NCBI GenBank assembly: GCA_001604005.1
Contig: LVAM01000019.1
Span: 148,754 to 212,753, forward strand
Direction: 5' to 3'
Length of the DNA: 64,000 nucleotides
Source: Clostridiales bacterium Firm_07
GTDB taxonomy: Bacteria; Bacillota; Clostridia; Oscillospirales; CAG-272
The position numbers and the translations under genes were made by a program. Under the pieces are notes generated by a model that saw only the letters and a list, made by a program, of their open reading frames with translations, was not told the origin of the DNA and ran no database searches. Shown here one piece after another: positions 52,862 to 61,597 of this stretch. Position 1 is the first letter of the stretch, and every line of letters starts with the position of its first letter.

Positions 52862-55306
52862 TTATGAATATGCCCAAGGATAGGCGGCTTCCAACTGGGC
52901 GCGTGTGACCACGCTGGCGCCGTCGGGAGATTCGACCGGTTCCAGCGCACCGCTGCCCACCGTATAGAGATGGTCGCAATCGACGCCGTTTGCACCGAAC
53001 TTCATCGTATAGTTGCAGATATCCGAATAAATGATATACCGCATATTCGGCGCCGTAAAGGTTGCGCGATTCGCTTTATTGACAAAGCCGCTGTACCACG
53101 AAGTCAGGTCTGCATCCTGGAGCAAACACTTAGCACCGACGCTCGGCGTATGACCCGGGATCAAAACGACACGCGCGTTGACCAGCGAATAAAACTCCGC
53201 TTCCATACCGAGTCCGCCGTGGTGCGCCGATTGCACCATATCCGACTGCAACGTCTCGCCGTACATCGCGCGCAACGTACGGCTGCCGATGAGATACGCA
53301 TCGCCCGTAAAGATGCCGGTCGTCCGGTTGACCACATATCCCGTATACGCGTCCGACGTATTAAAGGTCAGGCGCAGAATCGTGGAAGTATCGTTGTAAA
53401 AATCGGTACGCTGCGGGTTGAACTCTTCGTGCGTGAAAAGCACTTCCACTTCAAGGTTCTGGAAATAGAGATGCTCGCCCGTGTGCAGTTTGAGGTATTT
53501 GAAACCGCCGCGCACGGCAGCTTGAAGAGCGGGAAGTTGATCGCGCATATAGGTTGTGGGGTTGTAGCCCTGATAGCATTCCTCGTCGGAGGGGAAGTTC
53601 GTCAGCATATAGTCCAACTTGAACGCGGGATCCTGACCATAGGTTTTGATGAATTTATGCATCGTGCCATAGTGGTCCACGTGTCCGTGCGTCAGCACCC
53701 AGCCGCGCACGTGGATGGGGTTGTCGGCGGAAGGCATCTTGCCCGTTATCTGCACTTTCAAATCGCACAGAATGTTCCAGAGCACTTCGGATTGTTTGAC
53801 GTTGGGGCTGTCGTGCGTACCGCCGTCAAAAAGGAAGAAGGTGCCGTCTTCCAGCGTGATGACGTAACTCATACCGAAATCGTATTTTTTCTCATCACCT
53901 ACGTATGCGCCGTCGTAATCGAATTTCACTGCCGTCAGCATCGTATCGGTCAGGCGCTGATAGCGATCGTAATTGGTGGGGGTGAGCAGATCGTCTCCGG
54001 GCACGACTTGCGTATCAAGCGGCGCCGCCGTGATGCGCAGGATCGGCTGATAGACAGCCGCAAGATTTTGCTGCTGTGCGTAAGGATAAAGCGCCAATTG
54101 CACGTAAAGGAAGGCGTTGGTCTTTACGTTCGTATACATTGCGGTGCAGTTGGTCTCGATCACGTTTTCGGTGATCTTGGTATATCCTTCGCCTTCCAGT
54201 TTCTTGCAATAAGCGTCAAAGGTCGCTTTTGTCACGTCACTGCCGCGATAGGCATACACGAGAGAATCATCCCCCACGTCCGTTACGCGGATCAATTCGA
54301 GGTGCTCCGCTTCGGGTCTCGGGAACTCCACCAGCCAGTTGGCATCGGTAGCGGACAGCGTATAAAGATCGGCATAATCGGGCGGGAGAACCACGCTTTT
54401 ATCTTCTTTGGTGGCGTCCTTGATCATAGATTGGAACAATTCCACCGATTTTGCAAGCGCTTTGTCTGTCCAACCGGTCACAAGCACTTTGCCGTTTTTC
54501 ACGAAAACGCCGTATTGGTTGGGCGTCATCGAGGCAAGCACTTCCTTGCACTCATCACGGTTTACCTGACCGATCAAGATCTCGTTGGCGGTCGCTTCCG
54601 CATCGTCCTTTTTGGATTTCAGCGTACCGGCTTTCGCAAGTCCGGAAAAGGCTTTGGTGCAGTTTTTGAAAGCGTCGTAAGGATAGTCAACGTTCTGCCC
54701 GGCTACCGCACTCGTTGTTTTTTGGGTAAAGTTTTTGGGGTCGTCGTCGATTTCGGCGCCGTAAACGAATTCATATTGACAAGCGTTATCGGCAGCAAGC
54801 GTGATGACCGGCACGTTTTGCAGCAGCACTTTTTGATTGACCTTCATCGTCGTGCCCTTCACCGCGCTCTCGGTCATATAGTGCTCGTAAAAATATTGCA
54901 GCGCCACGTACGTAAAGAGGTTGGTGGTGCCCACGATCACGATCTTATCGTCGATGACGCGGATGGTAAAGCCATCGCCCTTAAAACCTTTGAGCGCTTT
55001 GGTAACGGCCTCTCTGTCCACTTGACCGATCAAAATCTCTTTCTCGGTTTCGTCGGAAGCTTTACCGATACGCACAGAGGCGCCGGAAAGTTCTTTTACG
55101 ACGTTCGGGATGGCGCGCGCTTTGTCTTTCGCCACGCTCGAAAGAGAATCGGAAAAGACGACTTTGTAGTCCGTCAAATCGATGTCGACAACTTTTTTGC
55201 TGACGGTCGGCTCGCCGGTGTATTTCTTCTTGCAGGAAGAAAGCGTGACGGCGAACGTTGCCAGCATCGAAACGCAAAGCAAAAGTGCAAGGATTCTTTT
55301 TTTCAT
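52862..55306 (-). CDS. large secreted lipoprotein: duplicated N-terminal domain plus C-terminal metallo-beta-lactamase-fold domain
   Basis: It has the signal and lipobox MKKRILALLLCVSMLATFAVTLSSC. An internal repeat is marked by EILIGQVDREAVTKAL... and EILIGQVNRDECKEVL... The MBL motif is VLTHGHVDHYG, with later HTGE, TGDA and SAHHGG. Confidence 0.7.
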   Translation of the reverse strand: MKKRILALLLCVSMLATFAVTLSSCKKKYTGEPTVSKKVVDIDLTDYKVVFSDSLSSVAKDKARAIPNVVKELSGASVRIGKASDETEKEILIGQVDREAVTKALKGFKGDGFTIRVIDDKIVIVGTTNLFTYVALQYFYEHYMTESAVKGTTMKVNQKVLLQNVPVITLAADNACQYEFVYGAEIDDDPKNFTQKTTSAVAGQNVDYPYDAFKNCTKAFSGLAKAGTLKSKKDDAEATANEILIGQVNRDECKEVLASMTPNQYGVFVKNGKVLVTGWTDKALAKSVELFQSMIKDATKEDKSVVLPPDYADLYTLSATDANWLVEFPRPEAEHLELIRVTDVGDDSLVYAYRGSDVTKATFDAYCKKLEGEGYTKITENVIETNCTAMYTNVKTNAFLYVQLALYPYAQQQNLAAVYQPILRITAAPLDTQVVPGDDLLTPTNYDRYQRLTDTMLTAVKFDYDGAYVGDEKKYDFGMSYVITLEDGTFFLFDGGTHDSPNVKQSEVLWNILCDLKVQITGKMPSADNPIHVRGWVLTHGHVDHYGTMHKFIKTYGQDPAFKLDYMLTNFPSDEECYQGYNPTTYMRDQLPALQAAVRGGFKYLKLHTGEHLYFQNLEVEVLFTHEEFNPQRTDFYNDTSTILRLTFNTSDAYTGYVVNRTTGIFTGDAYLIGSRTLRAMYGETLQSDMVQSAHHGGLGMEAEFYSLVNARVVLIPGHTPSVGAKCLLQDADLTSWYSGFVNKANRATFTAPNMRYIIYSDICNYTMKFGANGVDCDHLYTVGSGALEPVESPDGASVVTRAQLEAAYPWAYS

Positions 55307-55367
55307 ATATTGTTTCTCCTTTCCGTCGCGCCTTGGTCGCGCGATCGGTCATTCAAAATTCAGGTAC

Positions 55368-55396
55368 AGTATAGCATTTTTTCGTTTTTTTTGCAA
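55368..55396 (-). promoter_or_regulatory. sigma-A promoter of the lipoprotein gene (extended -10)
   Basis: Minus strand: TTGCAA (55396-55391), 17 nt spacer, TGC-TATACT (-10 at 55373-55368). Confidence 0.55.
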
Positions 55397-55521
55397 GTTC
55401 TGTACTAAAATTTCACGATTGCCTCCTGCATTTTCAATCTTTTACACAAAAACGCGCTTTTCCTTTTGGCATAAATGCCCACAAAATTCTCGTTTTGCTG
55501 CCATTTTTTGCCGCGACATAT

Positions 55522-55550
55522 AAAAAAGCGCCGCGGCGCGGCGCTTTTTT
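55522..55550 (-). terminator. intrinsic terminator after the Gfo/Idh/MocA gene (symmetrical)
   Basis: AAAAAA-GCGCCGC-GGC-GCGGCGC-TTTTTT. Confidence 0.7.
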
Positions 55551-55560
55551 ATGGCAAAAA

Positions 55561-56595
55561 TCACTTGAAATAATGCGGTTTTACGGGCAGGCCCGTGGCG
55601 GCGGATTCCACCGCGGCAAGGCACAATGCCACGCTGTTGGCGCCCTGCACGGCGTCGATCTCAAGCGGCATCTTGCCTTGGATCACATCGCACATATCCT
55701 GTATCTCGGCGGACATATTGTGCGACGCCACTTCAACGGGGATCTTTTCTTCCTTGTACTCCGGCTTCTTGTTCTCTCCCTTGATCTCCAACTTGTTGTA
55801 AAGCGTCAGATACGGCGACGTATTGTCTACAATGATGGTGCCTTTGGTGCCGTACAGCACGGTGCGCATCGTATAGGGTCGATGACAACCGATCGAGCAA
55901 AACACTTTTCCGATCACCCCTTTGGGGTATTTGAGGACCGAGATGGTGCAATCGTCCACGGGCCAGTCGGTAAGCACCTTGTGGTTGGAATACGCGAACA
56001 CTTCAAGCGGGTCGCCCGCGATCCAGCGGAGAAGATCCATCGCGTGGATACCGCCGCCCACGATAGCGTGGCGCAGATAGTTGGGATCACGCCGCCATTC
56101 GCCGTGCCCGAGGAGAGAGTAATCGTGCGCATATTCCGATTCCACAAAGAAGAGTTCGCCGATCTCACCCGCGTCCACCATTTCTTTCGCCTTGACGAAA
56201 CCGGGCGTTTTGCGGCAGACCTGTCCCACCATAAATACTTTATCGGAAGCCTTTGCGGCTTTGACCATTTGATCGCACTCCGCAAGCGTCATTGTCAGCG
56301 GTTTTTCACACAGAACGTGGTATCCCGCACGCAGCGCCTTAACGCTTTGCTCCACGTGAAATTTGTCGGGAGAGCAAATGATCACACAGTCAAATCCGCC
56401 GTCGGCAAGCATCTGATCGTAGTCGGTATACCATTTGTCAAGACCGTTTTCAAGCGCCCTATTTTTGGCATATTCCTCCACAACGTCGTGCACGGCGGTA
56501 AGCTTTGCTCCGGGAAGCGTTTTGATGGCGTTGATATGTACCTTTCCGATGCTGTCGACGCCCACGACCGCAATACGAACAATACCGTTTTCCAT
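55561..56595 (-). CDS. Gfo/Idh/MocA-family oxidoreductase
   Basis: MENGIVRIAVVGVDSIGKVHINAIKTLPGAKLTAVHDVVEEYAK...FDCVIICSPDKFHVEQSVKALRAGYHVLCEKPL... has the Rossmann N-domain and the EKP motif. A TAGGAG RBS precedes the start. Confidence 0.85.
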   Translation of the reverse strand: MENGIVRIAVVGVDSIGKVHINAIKTLPGAKLTAVHDVVEEYAKNRALENGLDKWYTDYDQMLADGGFDCVIICSPDKFHVEQSVKALRAGYHVLCEKPLTMTLAECDQMVKAAKASDKVFMVGQVCRKTPGFVKAKEMVDAGEIGELFFVESEYAHDYSLLGHGEWRRDPNYLRHAIVGGGIHAMDLLRWIAGDPLEVFAYSNHKVLTDWPVDDCTISVLKYPKGVIGKVFCSIGCHRPYTMRTVLYGTKGTIIVDNTSPYLTLYNKLEIKGENKKPEYKEEKIPVEVASHNMSAEIQDMCDVIQGKMPLEIDAVQGANSVALCLAAVESAATGLPVKPHYFK

Positions 56596-56721
56596 AGTTT
56601 TTCTCCTAAATTCTGATTTGGGGGTGTTTGCGATTTTATTTTAACACCAGCTTATACAAAAGTCAATCAATTCTTAAAAAATTTTAAGAAAAAGTATTTG
56701 CCGAAAAAGCGTTCCTATCGC

Positions 56722-56750
56722 TTGACAGTGCCACTGTGGAATGCTATAAT
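56722..56750 (+). promoter_or_regulatory. perfect-consensus sigma-A promoter of alaS (extended -10)
   Basis: TTGACA (56722-56727), 17 nt spacer, TGC-TATAAT (-10 at 56745-56750). Confidence 0.7.
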
Positions 56751-56802
56751 GTTTTTATCTATGTGCGCCGTGCGCAAAATCCCACTATGAAAGGCAACCG
56801 TT

Positions 56803-59451
56803 ATGAAATGGACATCTCTCAACGACCTGCGCGAGAAGTTTCTCGCTTATTTCGAGTCAAAGGGGCATCTGCGTCTGCCGTCTTTTTCGCTTGTCCCCGA
56901 TCACGATAAATCGCTTTTGCTCATAAACTCCGGTATGGCGCCGATGAAAAAGTTTTTCACCGGCGAGGTGGAGCCCCCCTGCCGCCGCGTGACCACCTGT
57001 CAAAAATGTATCCGCACGCCCGATCTTGAACGTGTGGGACACACCGCGCGGCACGGCACGTTTTTCGAGATGCTCGGCAACTTCTCTTTCGGGGATTATT
57101 TCAAAGAGGACGCGCTCTCTTTCGCTTGGGAATTTCTGACCAAAACGCTGGAAATTCCGGAGGAACTTCTCTACCCTTCCATTTACGAAAATGACGAAGA
57201 GGCGTTCCGCATTTGGACAGAAAAGATCGGCGTGCCGGCGGAGCGTATCACGAGACTCGGCAAAGAGGACAACTTCTGGGAGCACGGCTCCGGTCCTTGC
57301 GGCCCCTGCTCCGAGATCTATTTCGACCGCGGAGAAAAATACGGCTGCGGCTCGAAAGACTGCCGCCCCGGTTGTGACTGCGACCGCTATATGGAGATTT
57401 GGAACAACGTCTTCTCACAGTTCAACAACGACGGAAAAGGCAACTACACCGAACTGAAACAAAAGAATATCGACACCGGTATGGGGCTTGAACGCCTTGC
57501 GTGCGTATTGCAGGGCGTCAACAATATGTTCGAGGTGGATTCGATCCGCAAGATCCTGGATACCGTGTGCGCCATTGCCGAAAAAAAATACGGCGAGAAC
57601 GCGGAAAACGACATTTCCATCCGCGTTTGCACCGACCACGCGAAAAGCGCCGCTTTTATGATCTGCGACGGTGTGATGCCCTCCAACGAGGGACGCGGCT
57701 ACGTGCTGCGGCGCCTCATTCGCCGTGCCTGCCGGCACGGTAAACTGCTCGGCATCAACCATGCCTTCCTTGCCGATCTCTGCCGCGTGGTGATCGCCGA
57801 AAACGGCGGCGCTTATCCGGAGCTTCTCGCAAAACAAGACTATATTCTCAAAATGGTGTCGATGGAAGAAGAACGCTTTGACGCGACGATCGACGCGGGG
57901 CTCTCCATCCTCTCTTCTATGATCGACGCGGCGAAAAAAGCGGGCAAGCGCGAGATTGCCGGCGCCGACGCTTTCAAACTCTACGACACGTTCGGTTTCC
58001 CGATCGACCTGACAAAAGAGATCCTTGCCGAACAGGATCTCACCGTTGAGGAAGACTCTTTCCTCTCCCTGATGGACGAGCAACGCGCACGGGCACGTGC
58101 CGCGCGCGGCAATATCAGCGGCTGGGAAAAATCCGCCGAAAATCTGCTTGCGGGGCTTCCGAAAACGATTTTTGACGGTTACGATTCTTTCCGTGCGGAC
58201 AACGCCCGCGTGCTTGCCATTATCGTGCGGGACGAGGACGGCGCAAAGCGCGTCGGCGAGGTGAGCGAAGGCGACTGCACCGTCGTGCTTGACAAAACCG
58301 TTCTTTACGGCGAGAGCGGCGGTCAGGTGGGCGATCTCGGCACCATCCTCGGCGACGGCGTGCTTCTCAACGTGCGCGACACGAAAAAAACCGACGGCAT
58401 TTTCCTGCACGTCGCGACCGTGACGCAAGGAAAACTGCGCGTGGGCGACGAAGTGTGCGCCCGCGCCAACATTGAAAACCGCGAGGCGGTGGCGCGCAAC
58501 CACTCGGCGGCGCACCTCCTGCACGCGGCGCTCCGCCGCGTACTCGGAAATCAAGTGGCGCAAGCCGGTTCGCTTGTCGACGCCGAACGTTGCCGCTTTG
58601 ATTTCAGTCACTTCGCGCCGCTTACGAAAAAAGAACTCGCGGACGTGGAAAAGATCGTCAACGATCAGATTCTTGCGGGGCTTCCCGTTTCGGTCACCGA
58701 AATGCCGATCGAGGACGCGCAAAAACTCGGCGCGATGGCGCTTTTCGAGGATAAATACGGAAAAACCGTGCGCGTCGTGCGTATGGGCACCGTCTCCACC
58801 GAGTTTTGCGGCGGCACGCACGTGACCAACACCGCCCGCATCGGTCTTTTCAAGATCCTATCCGAAACTTCGGTCGCGGCAGGCATCCGCCGCATTGAAG
58901 CCGTTACCGGTCGTCAGGTGCTTGACTTTCTCGCTTCACGCGAGGCTTTGATCGCGGAAAGCGCCGCCGTGCTGAAAGCGCAAAACGCCGAAGATCTCCC
59001 GAAACGCGCCGCCGCTCTTCTTGAAGAACTTAAAGCGATGCATCGCGAAGTGGACGCGATCAGCGCGAAACTTGCTTCTTCCAAAAAAGACGCCCTGCTC
59101 GCTTCCGCCCGCGACGTGAGCGGTGTAAAACTTCTCACCGCCTCCTTTGAAGGTATGACGCCCGACGTGGCAAGAAGCCTTGCGGACGCGATCAAGGCGG
59201 AGTACCCGGACGCGGTCGCTTGTTTTGCCGCCGGAGACGCGACGCGCCTTACCTTCCTTGCCGTTGCCGGCGCCGACGCCGTGGCACGCGGCGCGCACGC
59301 CGGAAAACTGGTCGGCGCCGTTGCCGCCGTAACCGGAGGCAAGGGCGGCGGTCGCCCCGACAACGCGATGGCAGGCGGAAAGGACGCGGGCAAGATTAAA
59401 GAAGCGCTGGAAAGCGCGGACGCCGTTCTCTCGGCACAGTTGACGAAATAA
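56803..59451 (+). CDS. alaS: alanine--tRNA ligase
   Basis: 882 aa. It has MKWTSLNDLREKFLAYFESKGHLRLPSFSLVP...FTGEVEPP...RVTTCQKCIRT...FFEMLGNFSFGDYFK..., the editing-domain HSAAHLLH...CGGTHV motif and a DHHA1-like C-terminus. Confidence 0.97.
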   Translation: MKWTSLNDLREKFLAYFESKGHLRLPSFSLVPDHDKSLLLINSGMAPMKKFFTGEVEPPCRRVTTCQKCIRTPDLERVGHTARHGTFFEMLGNFSFGDYFKEDALSFAWEFLTKTLEIPEELLYPSIYENDEEAFRIWTEKIGVPAERITRLGKEDNFWEHGSGPCGPCSEIYFDRGEKYGCGSKDCRPGCDCDRYMEIWNNVFSQFNNDGKGNYTELKQKNIDTGMGLERLACVLQGVNNMFEVDSIRKILDTVCAIAEKKYGENAENDISIRVCTDHAKSAAFMICDGVMPSNEGRGYVLRRLIRRACRHGKLLGINHAFLADLCRVVIAENGGAYPELLAKQDYILKMVSMEEERFDATIDAGLSILSSMIDAAKKAGKREIAGADAFKLYDTFGFPIDLTKEILAEQDLTVEEDSFLSLMDEQRARARAARGNISGWEKSAENLLAGLPKTIFDGYDSFRADNARVLAIIVRDEDGAKRVGEVSEGDCTVVLDKTVLYGESGGQVGDLGTILGDGVLLNVRDTKKTDGIFLHVATVTQGKLRVGDEVCARANIENREAVARNHSAAHLLHAALRRVLGNQVAQAGSLVDAERCRFDFSHFAPLTKKELADVEKIVNDQILAGLPVSVTEMPIEDAQKLGAMALFEDKYGKTVRVVRMGTVSTEFCGGTHVTNTARIGLFKILSETSVAAGIRRIEAVTGRQVLDFLASREALIAESAAVLKAQNAEDLPKRAAALLEELKAMHREVDAISAKLASSKKDALLASARDVSGVKLLTASFEGMTPDVARSLADAIKAEYPDAVACFAAGDATRLTFLAVAGADAVARGAHAGKLVGAVAAVTGGKGGGRPDNAMAGGKDAGKIKEALESADAVLSAQLTK

Positions 59452-59462
59452 AGCATATAAAA

Positions 59463-59502
59463 AGCGCCCCGCAAAGCAAACTTTGCGGGGCGCTGATTTT
59501 TA
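59463..59502. terminator. bidirectional terminator between the convergent alaS and ftsZ genes
   Basis: AGCGCCCCGCAAAG-CAAA-CTTTGCGGGGCGCT: a 14-bp stem with A-rich and T-rich flanks. Confidence 0.75.
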
Positions 59503-59503
59503 T

Positions 59504-60706
59504 TTATCTGTTCCGATTGGCACGGTCCTTGAAAATGCTCATAATGTCGGCAAAATCGTCTTCGGAAAGAGCGGAATCTTCACCTTCCGCGTCGAACTGC
59601 GGCGCGTGTTGCGGCGCCGCGGGTGCGGCGGCAGGTTCCGGTTGGGGCCGGTTAAAGGTTTGCGCCGCTTCTTGTTGTGTGGGCGCGGCGGGCGTCGCTT
59701 CTTGCGGCTCCGCTTCTTTTTCGGCGGTTTCCGCGGGCGCCGCTTTCAAGGGGTCTTCAAATCCGGTGGCGATGATCGTGACGCGCATCTCGTCTTCAAG
59801 CGAATCGTCGAACGCGAGACCCCAGATAACGTTGGCATCGGGGTGCGCCTGCGCCGAGATCATCGAAGAGGCAAGGTCCACGTCTTCAAGCCCCACGTCG
59901 TGCGACGCGGTGATGCTGATGAGAATGCCGTGCGCGCCGTGGATCGAAGTTTCAAGCAAAGGACTGGAAATGGCGGCTCTGGCGGCAAGTTCCGCCTTGT
60001 CCGCGCCGGTCGCGCCGCCCACGCCCATATGGGCGTATCCGGCGTTTTTCATCACCGACGTGACGTCGGCAAAATCCAAATTGATAAAGCCCGGCACGTT
60101 GATCAGTTCCGAAATGCTCTGCACGCCGCGGCGCAGTACGTCGTCCGCGATCTCAAAGGCGTTGCCGAGCGTAATGCGGGTATCCGAAACTTGTTTCAGT
60201 TTTTCGTTGGGGATCACGACAAGAGAATCGACGTATTGCCGCAATTCTTTAATGCCCCGCTCCGCCTGTTCCATACGGCGCTTGCCCTCAAAACTGAACG
60301 GTTTGGTGACGATGCCGATGGTGAGGATGTTCATTTCGCGCGCCACGCGCGCCACCACAGGCGCCGCGCCCGTGCCCGTTCCGCCGCCCATACCGGCGGT
60401 GACGAACACCATATCCGCGCCGTTTAACATCTCTTTGATCTGCTCGATGGATTCCTCCGCGGAACGCGCGCCCACGTCGGGATTGGCGCCCGCGCCAAAT
60501 CCTTTGGTGATCTTCTCGCCGATGACGACGTGTTTCGTCGCTTCGGAATTGCGAAGGGCTTGTTTGTCGGTGTTGACCGCGATAAACTCCACGCCGCGAA
60601 TGTTGGAGGCGATCATACGGTTGACGGCGTTGTTTCCGCCGCCTCCCACGCCGATCACACGGATCACGACGCCGCACTCCATATTTTCACTTGGCTCGAA
60701 AATCAT
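59504..60706 (-). CDS. ftsZ: cell division protein FtsZ
   Basis: The ATG at 60706 follows GGAGG. It has ...IRVIGVGGGGNNAVNRMI..., ...VFVTAGMGGGTGTGAAPVVA..., a Pro/Ala/Gln-rich linker and the conserved C-terminal peptide ...DDFADIMSIFKDR. Confidence 0.97.
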   Translation of the reverse strand: MIFEPSENMECGVVIRVIGVGGGGNNAVNRMIASNIRGVEFIAVNTDKQALRNSEATKHVVIGEKITKGFGAGANPDVGARSAEESIEQIKEMLNGADMVFVTAGMGGGTGTGAAPVVARVAREMNILTIGIVTKPFSFEGKRRMEQAERGIKELRQYVDSLVVIPNEKLKQVSDTRITLGNAFEIADDVLRRGVQSISELINVPGFINLDFADVTSVMKNAGYAHMGVGGATGADKAELAARAAISSPLLETSIHGAHGILISITASHDVGLEDVDLASSMISAQAHPDANVIWGLAFDDSLEDEMRVTIIATGFEDPLKAAPAETAEKEAEPQEATPAAPTQQEAAQTFNRPQPEPAAAPAAPQHAPQFDAEGEDSALSEDDFADIMSIFKDRANRNR

Positions 60707-60756
60707 ATGTACCTCCGTTTGCCGCAATGGGCGATTTGTACAAATTCATTAACACT

Positions 60757-60785
60757 ATTTTAATATATTTTCGCTTGTTTTGCAA
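60757..60785 (-). promoter_or_regulatory. sigma-A promoter of ftsZ
   Basis: Minus strand: TTGCAA (60785-60780), 17 nt spacer, TAAAAT (60762-60757). Confidence 0.55.
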
Positions 60786-60837
60786 TACGTTTTCCGAAAA
60801 TATTTGAATTTTTGACGACAGGAGCCGTCATTTCCCG

Positions 60838-61596
60838 CTATCCTTTCTCCACGATCGCCGCTTCCGGGTCGCCAAGATCGATCGCGCGGATCTCCCCCGT
60901 ATCTTCGCGCGCAAGGATCTTTTCCGCCGCTTGGAGTTTTCTTGCCGCGCTCTCGGCACTGCCGAGTTTTAAGAGCACACCGTTTTCCGTCACGATCCGC
61001 AAGTCAAAACGGTCCGCAAACTCAAATCGCGTTGCCGTTCTTCCGACGGATGAGGCGGCACAGTCGGCAAGGAGCGCGTGCATCCGCTCGTTGGTATTTT
61101 CGTCCTCAAAGAGTACCTTTTCGCCCATTGTGACGCGCACGGGCGGCAGTTCCAAAAAGATCGCGTCCGTCTTTTCCCCCGTGCCCATCACGCGCAGATC
61201 CGCGGATAAACGGTACGTCGTTCCCTCGGAAACAAGCGTATAAACGGCAACGTCTTCCGTCAACGTCACGCGCACCGTACCCGGCAAAACTTTTTTCACC
61301 CGCACATCACGGAAAGCGGGGTACGCGCCGGAAAAGGATCTCGCGCTCTTTTTAGCGGAGAAAGCAAAGAAAAAGTCTCCCTTTTCGATCTCTGCCGCGC
61401 GCAAAAACTCCGCTTCTCCGACTGCCGAGGTGCCGATGATCTCCACCTTTTCCACTCGCATAATCGAAAAGAAAGCAAATACGGTCGTAACCGTACCGAA
61501 AAGCAAAACCGCCGCAAGCACGGCAAGAAACGCGGGGTGAAATCTGCGCCTCTTTCCGGCGGCGACTTTTTCTTCTCTTTTTCTGTTTCCTTGCAT
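60838..61596 (-). CDS. ftsQ: cell division protein FtsQ/DivIB (POTRA domain)
   Basis: It has a basic N-terminus, one TM segment (FLAVLAAVLLFGTVTTVFAFF), then POTRA-like ...VEKVEIIGTSAVGEAEFLRAAEIEKGDFFF... The position between murG and ftsZ fits. Confidence 0.75.
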   Translation of the reverse strand: MQGNRKREEKVAAGKRRRFHPAFLAVLAAVLLFGTVTTVFAFFSIMRVEKVEIIGTSAVGEAEFLRAAEIEKGDFFFAFSAKKSARSFSGAYPAFRDVRVKKVLPGTVRVTLTEDVAVYTLVSEGTTYRLSADLRVMGTGEKTDAIFLELPPVRVTMGEKVLFEDENTNERMHALLADCAASSVGRTATRFEFADRFDLRIVTENGVLLKLGSAESAARKLQAAEKILAREDTGEIRAIDLGDPEAAIVEKG

Positions 61597-61597
61597 T

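Noticed and set aside
52970-55408. 812-aa plus-strand ORF antisense to the lipoprotein gene. Similar long antisense ORFs occur at 7025-8926, 57415-58821, 59517-60752, 61637-63022, 36678-37952 and elsewhere.
   Set aside because: All lie opposite genes with clear homology or clear signal-peptide and TM logic. They lack RBSs and have compositionally biased translations.
55397-55520. About 125 nt of unassigned sequence upstream of the lipoprotein promoter, considered as a possible small RNA or small ORF.
   Set aside because: It contains only a 3-codon GTG ORF after a GGAGG-like box and a 5-bp hairpin with a 2-nt loop. There is no terminator or conserved-looking structure, so nothing is supportable.
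56596-56802. Possible T-box leader upstream of alaS (also considered for argS and lysS).
   Set aside because: The distance from the -10 box (56750) to the ATG is only about 50 nt. There is no specifier-loop or T-box sequence and no terminator. The argS leader is about 30 nt, and lysS follows greA by 13 nt.
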